Assembly (NCBI GenBank): GCA_964486045.1
Contig: CAZALK010000005.1
Coordinates: forward strand, 1 to 64,000
Direction: 5' to 3'
Source of the DNA: an uncultured archaeon
GTDB taxonomy: Archaea; Asgardarchaeota; Lokiarchaeia; Sigyniarchaeales; SOKP01
DNA length: 64,000 nt
The translations under genes were made by a program, and so were the position numbers. The notes under the pieces were generated by a model, which ran no database searches, had not been told where the DNA came from, and was given only the letters and a program-made list of their open reading frames with translations. This document shows, piece after piece, positions 20,241-30,992 of the stretch; the stretch's first letter is position 1; each line of letters begins with the position of its first letter.

Positions 20241-21356
20241 CTAACTAAAGACATCTTTAAAAGGGGAAATTTGATATTCATAGTCTTTATCAATGGATTT
20301 GATATAAACTTCATAGAAAGTGAAAAAGGAGTTCTGAAATTTTCGGAAATCCCGGAATAGCGTTTCAAATTCTTTCAATCCCATTTCCACGGTCTTGCCC
20401 CAATATACTCTTCCTTTTGTTTCCCGTTTTAAGTTGAATTTGAGCGTTATTTCTTGTAACTTTCGATCATATAATACATCAAATCCCCTTACATGGTTAA
20501 TTGCATTTCTATAATCAATGTAATTTTCTTTTTCAGAACGATCAATTTGTAAAGAGTTGCGTGGACTAAGATAATAACCAAAACCTTTCTCAAAATCATC
20601 AAAATCTCTATTTTGGTATATCTTTTGGAGATTATAAATGGAAACAATGATCGCCTTTAAATAAGGTTCAATGGCTCTCCCAAATCTGCTCACAAATTCA
20701 TTCATATAGTCAACAAGATCATCATCGGAGAGCCTGAATAACTCTTGCTTTTTAGTAAAAATAATCTTTAAAAAACTTTCAATAAGGTTTATTGTTGTAT
20801 CAGTTTTAAAATTTTCAAGTTGGAGCCCAAGTTTATTATAACTAGATTTAATAAATAATGTATCTGGCTGTTGTTGGCGTTCTACATATTTTAGTGCTAA
20901 TTTAAATGATTTTACTACCGCATTTTTATTTACTTTCTCTGCTCTCTGCAACTCATAGAGAAACCTTTTTTTTAATAAGTCTTCAAACTCATTACCCGTA
21001 GAAAAAGAAAGTAATTCTTTACGAAAATCTACAGATTGGAAAATTTGCTCAAAATTCTTCCAGATATCTTCAAGTTGCTGTATTATATCAGGATTATTTT
21101 TAAAAGATTGGAAAATCGTCTTTAAATATTTTTTAAAAAAATTTTTAGGGGGCATATCCAATCGGACATTTTGTTCAATATCCTCACCGATCTTTACAGA
21201 AATCCCTACTAAATTTATTAGATTTTTGAAAAAGGAAAGCTTTGACTTTTTATTTGTAATTTGTTCTAAATTCTTTTCAAGTTCTTCTAAAGATAGGACT
21301 TTCCCAAATATTTTTTCCAAATATTTAAGTCCTTCCTTTTCCCAATTATCATTCAT
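20241..21356 (-). CDS. Hypothetical protein with HEPN-like motif
   Basis: AIEPYLK...YRNAINH (R-x4-H). Confidence 0.6.
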   Translation of the reverse strand: MNDNWEKEGLKYLEKIFGKVLSLEELEKNLEQITNKKSKLSFFKNLINLVGISVKIGEDIEQNVRLDMPPKNFFKKYLKTIFQSFKNNPDIIQQLEDIWKNFEQIFQSVDFRKELLSFSTGNEFEDLLKKRFLYELQRAEKVNKNAVVKSFKLALKYVERQQQPDTLFIKSSYNKLGLQLENFKTDTTINLIESFLKIIFTKKQELFRLSDDDLVDYMNEFVSRFGRAIEPYLKAIIVSIYNLQKIYQNRDFDDFEKGFGYYLSPRNSLQIDRSEKENYIDYRNAINHVRGFDVLYDRKLQEITLKFNLKRETKGRVYWGKTVEMGLKEFETLFRDFRKFQNSFFTFYEVYIKSIDKDYEYQISPFKDVFS

Positions 21357-21585
21357 ATGATTTATTCAAGTGTCTTTCATTAAATTTTGACCTATCCTAT
21401 AATAGATGCACTAGAAATATATCTTTTTCCCTATTTATTCCTATAATTAGTTTCTCCCTCCTCTGTGGTGCCCCCTCCTAAAAAAGAAATGTTGTGATTT
21501 CGTAAGTAGTATTAAAAATCTGTATTTATCACTAATTCTATTCCCTCTTTAACAATAAAGTAAAAAAAGCATACAGGAATTTAAA

Positions 21586-24500
21586 TTGGTGATTTTAATG
21601 GAAAATAAAGATACAAATATTTCTAAGGATTTGAAGATTAACCAGAGACAAAAAGAAATAATTAGAGGTTTAATAGAGCAATCATTTAGTACAAAAAATT
21701 TAGCAAACATGTATATTGGTGCTTTGAAGGTTCTTAATGATGAGTCAAATCCAGAAAGAATCCATCAAAGCGCGCATTCTTTGAGAGAATTGGTTAAGAA
21801 TATGACAGCTCATATAGAAATATCAACTGAAACAAATGGAAAACATAAAGAAAAGATGAAACAATTAATAAACCAATATGATGAGTTAGGTGGAGTTGAT
21901 AAAGAAGCTATTGTTAGACAATGGCATGACCTTCATCTACATTTCGTAAAGCTTTGTCATCACGGTTTAATCGCACAAGAGGAAGATTTTAAGAATAACC
22001 TATTAAAGTTAGAATATATTCTTTCTTCACTACTCGGACCTGTTTACGATACGATTGAAGAACTTGATCATTTAATAAATATCGAAAATCCTATAGAGCA
22101 GGATATGGAAATTGTAAAAACTTTATTGAAAAAGCAAAGTCATTATCGATATTTTATTAAAAATTTACACCATCCTAATTGGTTGGATCTTTTGATAGAG
22201 AATCAATTTTTTGAAAAAACACCTCAAGCAGGTGATATAGTGTAGAACCATTGTATTTGGCTAAAATTGCTGATAAAAAGCCTGCAAAAGTTGTAGAGAT
22301 TATTAAAAAATTATCAAGAACAACTCATGAAGGAGCTCAAGTTGAATTTATTAAGGCGTTGCTCAAAGTTCCTATTAATGAATCTTTAAAATTGAAGAAT
22401 GCAATTAAACGATGGATTTCTAATGCTAAATCGGGTAATTTTACGTTGTCTAAACAAATTACAAAGTATATTAAAAGATTGTTTAAGGAAAACGAAATTA
22501 AAATTGGATTTGAATTAGTAACTTCTATATTAGCCATTAGAGAAGAACAAACTTTAGATAATATTCAAACAGATATGTCCAATAAAATAAAGTATAACAT
22601 TGAGGACTATATTTATGGAGAGATAGTAAAGGAATTGTTTCCTGAGTTAAAACTGTATGATCCCTTGTTATCTTTAAGAATTTTATCAAAAATGTTGGTA
22701 ATCATAATTATTAAAGAATTAGAGAAGACAAAAGTATCAATTAAAGGAGACAATGATTTATCCCTTAATTGGCGGAGATTAGTAGATGATCATGACTATT
22801 ATACTTATAATAAAGATACCAAAAATATCCTGGTTAGTGCAATTAGAGATTTAATATTATTTATTAGAAATGAGCAGAAGACAGATTTTAATAAAGCGAT
22901 CAAAATCTTGCGGGAAAATAATTACTTAATATTTCGCCGTATAGAATTACATGCCATCAGATTCCTCCCCGTATCGTCTGAACAATATATTAATGAAGCA
23001 ATTTCGAATAAATTATATTTTAATGAACTCTTCAAAATATTAGAGTACTTCAAACTATTAGAAGACTGTTTTTTAAAAGCAAATGATGAATCCCAACAGA
23101 GATATTTCAATTGGGTCAAAGAAGGACCCGATATTAAAGGATATAGAGAGTCTTTTGAAAAAAATTGGAAGAGGTCTCCCTCAAAAGACGATTTAAAATC
23201 ATTTATTCAGTATTGGAGTAGAAGGAAACTAACTCCTGTAAAAAAATATTTACCTAAAGATTTTATTAAGGAATTTAAGTTATCAGATGCAGAAGTTGAA
23301 AAAACAAATCCATTTAATAAACGACAAAAAGTTCAAATTGGACCGATCAGTCCCATTAATAAGGAGGAAATGGAAATAATGGCTGTTCAAGACATCTTGA
23401 AATATGTTAAAGATTATCAAGAAACCGAAGATTTTTTAGCATTTTCCAAAGTTGGGTTAGGAAGAATTTTAAGGGATGTTATAGCAGCAAATCCACATAA
23501 ATTTACTTCTATTTCTATGGAATTTTTAAATTCAGATGTGTTACATAAATACATCTCATTTTTCATTGATGGATTTAGAGATGCGCTTAAAAATAAGAAT
23601 AAGTTCGAATGGCAGGCAGTAATTTCTTTATCTAAAGCCATACTAATTGTTAATTAAGAAAAAGAAGTTATTATAAGTGAAGAGCCGATATTTTATAAAG
23701 AAAATTCTCTCAGAGATATAAAGACAAGTATTGGCTGGTTAATCGAAAATGGTTTAACAACTACTGAGAACTCAATTCCAATTTCTTTCAAAAATGATAT
23801 TTTGGAGATACTCAATGCACTTATTAGTGACAAGGAACCCACATTGGAAGAAGAATTGAGTAATATTAAAGGAAATTGGAGGATACAGGATATGGCAATG
23901 AATACTGTTCGTGGTATTGCTATGAACGCTGTTATTGATTATGGGTTATGGTATGCAAAAAAGAATTTTGATGATATCATTCTTGATGATCCTTCAAAAG
24001 CTAAATTAAATGTGGATGTAAAGAAGATTCTTGAGGAACATCTTGATTATACTATTGACTCCTCTTACACTATTAGGTATATTTATGGTTTAAATTTGAA
24101 TAAATTAATTTATCTAGATAAAAAATGGATTAGTGAACACATTAATTCAATTTTTCCAAATGAAATCGAGAAACAAGAATATTGGGAAGTCGCTTGGTCT
24201 GGATATCTTGATGGTAATACAACTAATCAAATCTCATTTAAAATATTAAGAGAACATTACAATAGAGCGTTAAAATTACTAAATGATGAAAAACTAGATG
24301 TAAAACTGTTTAGTTATTCCGTTGAAAGGTTAGCTAATGAAATAATGCGTTTGTATATTCATGGAATAGAAGATTTAAAATCAAAAAATTCCTTAGTTAA
24401 TATATTCTTTCTAAGAGCTCCTGATGATATTCTAAAATTAGCGATTGCTTTCATTGGGCAGAACCTTTCTAAATTAAATGATTTTGAAGAGTTTGAAGAG

Positions 24501-24935
24501 ATTTTAAAGAGATTAATGGAATTATGGGAAGATAGGTTATCTAATATTAAAAAAAATGATGTCAACAAACATAAAAGAGAATTAACTTTTTTCTTATTTT
24601 GGTTTAAAAACTCTATTTTCGATAAGAAGTGGACAATTTCAAGACTTGAAGAAACCCTAGATTTAACTAGAGGTTCTATTGGTTTGTTTAGTGATGTTTT
24701 AGATTCATTAGTAGATTACGTAGGAGAATTTCCACTAAATATAATTAATTGCTTGGAGAAGATTGTTAAAAATCAAGTTGTTGATGACGGATATCTTTTA
24801 TTTCAAGAAAAATATAAACTAATTTTAAAACTTTTACTTGATTCTGAAAATCAAGAAGCAAAGAATAAAACAAAAGATTTAATTAATTATCTGGGAAATA
24901 TGGACCTTCATTATTTCCGAGACTTATTAAATTAG
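21586..24935 (+). pseudogene. Disrupted protein of about 1110 aa: N-terminal putative nuclease (pPIWI-associated/HEPN-like) plus alpha-solenoid
   Basis: Three ORFs join via a frameshift at about 22237 and an in-frame TAA at 23655 followed by an open frame to 23802; YIGAL...NPERIHQSAHSLREL. Confidence 0.75.
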
Positions 24936-25029
24936 TCTTAAAATTAATTTTCCTAATTTCTTTGAAATAAAATATTAATTAAAATTCAAATCATAGAATT
25001 TTATGTTTATTAGGTATACTACGAAGGTT

Positions 25030-25109
25030 TTCTGCTCAACAGTTAACACTGGGGCATTTTTCTTTAAAACTTTCTTTAATTCCTCAGAAATTTTCTCAAT
25101 ATTATTCAT
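25030..25109 (-). pseudogene. 5' fragment of a second alkD-like gene
   Basis: MNNIEKISEELKKVLKKNAPVLT matches the N-terminus of 12724-13473, then homology stops. Confidence 0.85.
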
Positions 25110-26254
25110 AAAAATTTATCTAATCCTATTCTTTGTTTTACTTCTTTAGTTTTATCTAAATAGGGTTTAACAAGATCAATCACTCCCTGTTTAAAATTTT
25201 GTAATTTCGATAACTCCCCTCTTTTGTAAACATCTAATATTGATTCTTCCAAGTTATTTAAATTTAATCCAGGCCACATCAATGTTTTATTAGCTTTTCC
25301 TGTTTTTAGATTATCGAGATAGACTTTATTCAATAACATTTCAGAAATTTTGTAATTCCACTTACGATAGTCCTCTTTATTAGGAATCCATCTTTTTGTT
25401 CTAATTGATATTTTATATCTTTTATGAAGATCTAAAATCTTTTTATTTAACTTCTTATAATAATCGCTCCAGATGTTCTTATTCCCAGAATATAAATCCA
25501 ATAATGGGTGGATAAAATTTTTATATTTACTATTTTTTAGCTTTTCTATAAAAAAGTCTTTCTGAGAATCCCGTAGGGTTAACCCTCCAAATAATATAAA
25601 ATCTATTTCCACTTCTTTTGATTTCCGAACTATTTCCTCCATATTCTCTTTACTATCGCATATATAAGGTATGACTGGCATTAAATTTACTCCTACTTGA
25701 ACATTGGGCGCATTTTCTTTAACTTTTTTTAGAGCATCAAGTCTTTCCTGAGGTGTTGATGAAAAAGGTTCCAAAAATCTTGACAATTCTTCATTCATTG
25801 TAGTAATTGAAACCGCTATAGTAAACCACGTATCAGTAGCGATTTTATTGAATAAATCAATATCTCGAGTAAATAAATTAGATTTGGTAGATACAGACAC
25901 AGGGAATTTGTATTTAGCAAATACTTTAAGGATTTTTTGGGTATTTTTTGCTTTTAGTTCTACAGGTTGATATGCATCGTTTACACCACCCATAGCTACC
26001 ACATCTGGAAGTAATGATCTCGCTCTTTTGATTCTCAAATCTAATTTTGTATCAACATATGTCTTAATTATAACCTCATTTTCAAAATCTTGAACTTCTT
26101 GAAGATAATATCGATTACTTCTGGCATCGCAATAAATACAAGCGTGTTCACAACCAGAATATGGATTAATTGTATATCTACACCAAAACCAAGAATCGGG
26201 AAACTTTAACTTATTTAAGATTGTTTTAAATTCTTTAAATGTGTAATTAACCAT
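25106..26254 (-). CDS. Radical SAM protein, SplB/Rv2578c-like DNA-repair family (intact copy)
   Basis: INPYSGCEHACIYCDA (CxxxCxxC), DAYQP, STKS, RD.D and LEP motifs. Confidence 0.9.
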   Translation of the reverse strand: MVNYTFKEFKTILNKLKFPDSWFWCRYTINPYSGCEHACIYCDARSNRYYLQEVQDFENEVIIKTYVDTKLDLRIKRARSLLPDVVAMGGVNDAYQPVELKAKNTQKILKVFAKYKFPVSVSTKSNLFTRDIDLFNKIATDTWFTIAVSITTMNEELSRFLEPFSSTPQERLDALKKVKENAPNVQVGVNLMPVIPYICDSKENMEEIVRKSKEVEIDFILFGGLTLRDSQKDFFIEKLKNSKYKNFIHPLLDLYSGNKNIWSDYYKKLNKKILDLHKRYKISIRTKRWIPNKEDYRKWNYKISEMLLNKVYLDNLKTGKANKTLMWPGLNLNNLEESILDVYKRGELSKLQNFKQGVIDLVKPYLDKTKEVKQRIGLDKFL

Positions 26255-26495
26255 CTCAATAATTTAAAAAAATGATTATTTTTAGCAATTCCTCATTTTG
26301 AAATAAAGTCAATTTTATCATGATTATTTTTCAAATTTTATTAACAATTTAAAACTGAATAACTTTTGTTTAATTAATGCTGTTTTAGATTAAAATGCCC
26401 AAAAACGGAGATTCTGAATTACTTGATGATTTTAAGATTTCAGTTTCTTGCAATGACGATATTGAGAAGTATAAAAAATAAATAATTTTTACATT

Positions 26496-27245
26496 CTAAT
26501 AAATCCCAAAGAAAGAATAATAGTCTATATTAAGAGATTTAAGTATAATTTCTAAATCTTTTTTCCGAAATAAATCTCTTCCAGATTTTTTGAAAAATTC
26601 AGAAAGAAGTTTTTCTTTGAAGTTATAAAAATATTCTAAACTATCATTACCTAAATTATCATTATCAAATATTTTACACATCTGTTTAAATTTATTTAAA
26701 AATACATCTTTAAAACCAATTAATTCGGCAAATAAATCATGTCTAATTACCCTCACATTCTTGTAAATCGTATTAATAACTCGTTCTTTATTATTTTTTT
26801 TCCATTTTGTTCCGACTATAAATAAAAGCATGTCTTTTTTTTGATATTTTCTGATTTTTGACCTTATATTTTTATCTGAAACATCAGCAGTATAGTCAAA
26901 TAAGAACCCTTTAATATTTCTTAAATTTATCCCTTCTAAACGAAGCTCATGTAAAAGTTTTGAAGAATTAAGTATTCTATTTTCTAGATAACAGTTGATG
27001 TTTAGAAGAAAAGAATCTATTATACAATCTTTCCAACTAAAATCTTCATATATTCTTGATACCAATATTTCGGAATAACTTTTTATACCAATATCATATA
27101 AAAAACTACTAACAATGTATTTAATAGCTGTATGTACATGTATGCATAGAATATTGAATATATCACTACATCTAGGGCATCCCGTTCCTTTTCTATTTGG
27201 AGTGTCTTTAACATTACTATAAGCCGCTGGAAATTGAATCTCATA
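26496..27245 (-). pseudogene. 5'-truncated protein with Zn-ribbon remnant and putative nuclease-like domain
   Basis: Frame extends upstream of the called TTG through KGTGCPRC to a stop at about 27247; FDYT...KIRKYQ...LFIVG. Confidence 0.5.
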
Positions 27246-27256
27246 CTAAATCAGAA

Positions 27257-27499
27257 ATGAAAACTCAAAATATCACTGTTAAAATAACCGAAGAATATTA
27301 TATTATAATTAAGGAAATCTGTGAAGAGGTTTATTACAAACCTGAGCTATTTATTATGAAGGCGATAAAATGTCAATGGGGATATATTCAAAGTGATATT
27401 GATGCGGGGTATTATTATATTATTGATGATTTTTGTAATATTTCAAAAATCAAACAGGCATTAGAAAAAGTGGTAAAACAATTAAGACAAATTGTTTAA
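27257..27499 (+). CDS. Small hypothetical protein (RHH-like N-terminus, possibly a fragment)
   Basis: NITVKITEEYY...FIMKAI pattern. Confidence 0.45.
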   Translation: MKTQNITVKITEEYYIIIKEICEEVYYKPELFIMKAIKCQWGYIQSDIDAGYYYIIDDFCNISKIKQALEKVVKQLRQIV

Positions 27500-27522
27500 G
27501 TGAATAAAAATTAAATATTTTT

Positions 27523-29763
27523 TTAAATAACCAATTGTTTTAGTGATAATTGAATTTTATTTTCAGATGAATTTAAATATACTATTTTAAATCTCTTTTT
27601 TTCACCTATAGTTAGATAATCATGGACATTACCTACATAATCATCAGAAATCTCACTTATATGGATTAAGGCATTTTCATTCGCTCCGATATCAACAAAA
27701 GCTCCAAAGTTTACAATGGCTACTATCTTTCCTTCAACAATTTCACCTTCATTCAAATCGTTAATTGATTTCTTAGTGTAATGAGATATTTTGAGATCTT
27801 CAGTATTTCTTTTCCATACTTTTCTTTTGCCTAAACTTTTTCTTATCATGTATGATGCTTCTTTTCTTCCAATTTTTTCTAAGAATGCCGCATATTTCCG
27901 TAGTGAGTGTTGATCATTGGAATTTGCTTCTTTAGCAAGTTCATAGTATTTAATTATTAACTCAACGGGACTGTTTAATACTTGATAACCCCATGCAATA
28001 TCACAATATATCCAAGATAATACATTAGAGCTTGATTTTTCTGCAACAGTCTTGGCTTTTTCTAATAATGAAATCCCATACTGAGCTTCCCCTCTTCGTA
28101 TTTCTGATTGACCCCATGCTTGCCAGCATGCTGAACTATTGGGATCAAGAACAGTTGATTTTTTAAATAATTCTGATGCTCTATTAAGATTTTGCTGATT
28201 GTTTTCAAAAACTCCCCATTTATGAAATAATATTGGGCTATTTGGTTCTAATTTACTTGCTTCTTTAAAGAGACTTCTCACCCGTTTTTCGTAATACTTA
28301 CTTTTCTCACGGATTTCAAGATCTGCTAACCTAAGTAGAGGCATTGCAGAATCAGTTGGCAAATTTCTTGCTCTTTCAAAGCACTGTTTAGCTTCATTAA
28401 ACTCATCATTCTGCATAAAGATTTGACCAAAAGCAAGCCATACTTCAATTGAATCTGGACAACAATTAGTTGCTTCTGTTAGTAAACCTTTTGCTTTTTC
28501 AATATCACCACGAAAAGCTGCTTTTCTACTATCTTCAATATATCGATAAGCTTTATATCGAGAATTTGAGGGCAGAATAACTTTTAAAAACTTATCATCA
28601 GCTTCAAATTTTGGCTCTGGTGATTCATTTCTGTTCATCTCATGATATATACGAATGATTCCCGTTCCAGCTTTTTCAATCCATTTTTTTTCATACATAA
28701 AAGTTGCTAGAGTAGGATTTCTTAAATAGCGCTTCCCTGTACCTAGGTCTTTTAACTTTAATCCTCCTGGTAATCCTCCAAAGTTTGAAATCTCAATTCT
28801 ATCATCGAACATATATAAATCAATAGGAGGACCATTAATATCTTGATAATCTCGGTGAATTATTGCATTTGCTATCGCTTCTCTTAAAGCGATATCAGGA
28901 TATTCCTTTAAATCAATTCTTAGTAATGTATCTGGTTCTATTTTACTTTCAGTTGCCATAAATTGTTTTAAATAAGATAATGATTTAGATAACATTGAAT
29001 CAAGTGTGCCTTTAATATCTATACGTTCAAAAATTCTACCCCCCCTATTATCTCCTTCAAAACGAATTGCATTAATATATGCATTAGAAAAAAATTTCTG
29101 AGGATCCTTTCCAAACATTAAAATTGCTGAGTTAGTAGGATAAGATTTTCCTTCTACATCACGATTTAAATCCATGCCTCTTTTAAGAACCTCTGTAATA
29201 TCTGGTAGATCCCCTCTATATAAAAATTCATTTTCTCTGGTCATTCTATAATGTTCAACTATTTTTTTTTCATCTAAATCATCGTAGGTGGCATGCATAT
29301 TAGCTAACGCATCGAAGGTTAGGAAAGAAGCGGTGCTTTTCGTTTTTAATAGATTTTCCTCTCCGAACTCTGCAGTTCTAGTCGTAGAAAAGACTCTAAC
29401 ATAACATTTTCCTCTGTATCTATGAGGGCGCATCATTGAGCGATTGACTTTAATTAAAAGGGCTATCTCTCCAGACCTGATTTCAATCTTTGTTAACTGA
29501 GGAATGACAGGTGGAATAATGGAATTGCATATATTTGCTAATAATTTCTGAGTTTCATCCCAATTTTCAATTTCTACTCCTTCTATCCATCTAGTTTTTT
29601 CATTTACACCTATAACTAAATAACCTACATCTAAATTATTATAATCATTAGCAAAAGCACATATAGTTCTGCCAACTTTATCTTTTTCTATGGATAATTT
29701 AAATTCTGTAGTGTCATCTTCCCATTTTGAAATTAATTTATTTATAAAATTTTCATTTTCCAT
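27523..29763 (-). CDS. Schlafen/AlbA_2 + HATPase_c_4-like + TPR + S1 RNA-binding protein
   Basis: EDDTTEFK...ICAFAN...GYLVIGV; REAIANAIIHRDY; RNP.LA; EKAGTGI; TPR repeats; VEGKIVAIVNFGAFVDIG...LIHISEIS...IQLSLK. Confidence 0.9.
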   Translation of the reverse strand: MENENFINKLISKWEDDTTEFKLSIEKDKVGRTICAFANDYNNLDVGYLVIGVNEKTRWIEGVEIENWDETQKLLANICNSIIPPVIPQLTKIEIRSGEIALLIKVNRSMMRPHRYRGKCYVRVFSTTRTAEFGEENLLKTKSTASFLTFDALANMHATYDDLDEKKIVEHYRMTRENEFLYRGDLPDITEVLKRGMDLNRDVEGKSYPTNSAILMFGKDPQKFFSNAYINAIRFEGDNRGGRIFERIDIKGTLDSMLSKSLSYLKQFMATESKIEPDTLLRIDLKEYPDIALREAIANAIIHRDYQDINGPPIDLYMFDDRIEISNFGGLPGGLKLKDLGTGKRYLRNPTLATFMYEKKWIEKAGTGIIRIYHEMNRNESPEPKFEADDKFLKVILPSNSRYKAYRYIEDSRKAAFRGDIEKAKGLLTEATNCCPDSIEVWLAFGQIFMQNDEFNEAKQCFERARNLPTDSAMPLLRLADLEIREKSKYYEKRVRSLFKEASKLEPNSPILFHKWGVFENNQQNLNRASELFKKSTVLDPNSSACWQAWGQSEIRRGEAQYGISLLEKAKTVAEKSSSNVLSWIYCDIAWGYQVLNSPVELIIKYYELAKEANSNDQHSLRKYAAFLEKIGRKEASYMIRKSLGKRKVWKRNTEDLKISHYTKKSINDLNEGEIVEGKIVAIVNFGAFVDIGANENALIHISEISDDYVGNVHDYLTIGEKKRFKIVYLNSSENKIQLSLKQLVI

Positions 29764-30992
29764 AAAATCACTCTATTTAATTTTATTTGTAATTTCTCTG
29801 GATTATTAAGGCTCAACATTAATTAATACAACAATAATATATATTTTTTTTGTAAAAGCAAAAATCTTACGTGTTGTAGAATCTGTATAAAGATTTTATT
29901 TGCTTTAAAATTCTTTAAAAAAGTCTTAGGAAAGTCTAATGGTGTTTTCTGTTCCATAATCTCTGGAGTTTGCTCAAACATAGAATCAATATTTGAATTA
30001 TTGTTTTTTTTTGGTCATATTTACAACCCCACGATTTAACATTCCCTTCTTGATCAGTCGTGACAAATGATTGAGATTCAGCAGGCAAACTGAATTTTAT
30101 GTATTTCCCATCTTTCTACAATGAAAAGAATGGGAATAGGTACTATGTGATGAGCTACTTAAACTATTACAATTTAGAATGGATTTTAAATCTATACAAA
30201 TTTAGTGTAAAAAAATACTTGTTTGCATTCTGAACAGCGATATCCAATCCCTTTTTCAGATTGTTGAAAAGATTCAAGGTACATTTCTTTATTGCATAAA
30301 TAGCATAATTTTTTCCCTTTTAATTCATCAACTTTTTTTTTTTTCGAATCCATGTTTATCCATTAAATGGATTGATATTTAAGTTTTTATTTAAAATACT
30401 ACAATTGGTACTTTTAACCATATTCTGATCCTAGTTATTAACCTGGTAAACTTCGAAACAAGATCCAATTCCATTTTTATCTTTCGAGCTTTCAATTTTC
30501 TCTTGGATTTTGTTAATTATTTCAGGAGTACTATAATCTTTTGAGCCTACGTATCCAAAATACTTAACACTCGAACTATTTTTTTCTATTGTTTTTATTT
30601 ACATTTTTTAGAACATAATTCTCCCAGTATGATTTATATTTTAGATCTTAACTCCTTTTTGATATAGTTACTAGTATTTTGGTTAACTTTACATAAGTAT
30701 AAGCAATAAAAAAGAATAATTTAAATGGAAAAATATTTCCTTTAGATTCTTTAAAAAACCAGTTCTGGGTTCTGATTGCAGTCTGAATCCTTTAAAATCA
30801 TCATTATTTTCATCTAAAATTAATGTAGAAATCAATTTTTGACATTAAATCTCAAAAAACTGCTGATGGGTTTCCATTCTAAAACTTGATAACATTAGTC
30901 TTTTAATAATGTTACTTTTAAGTTTTAAATTAATATATGGTAATAGAATTAATCTCGAGATTGTTACAGAACAAATTTAACGATAAAAATGA

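Noticed and set aside
14080-21580. Integron-like cassette array (GTTAGC-type cores at about 19731 and 20217)
   Set aside because: No consistent attC palindromes, no integron integrase, and mixed gene orientations in the island
29940-30900. Possible GNAT (KRMGIGT) and other gene remnants
   Set aside because: Multiple stops and frameshifts; identity cannot be supported
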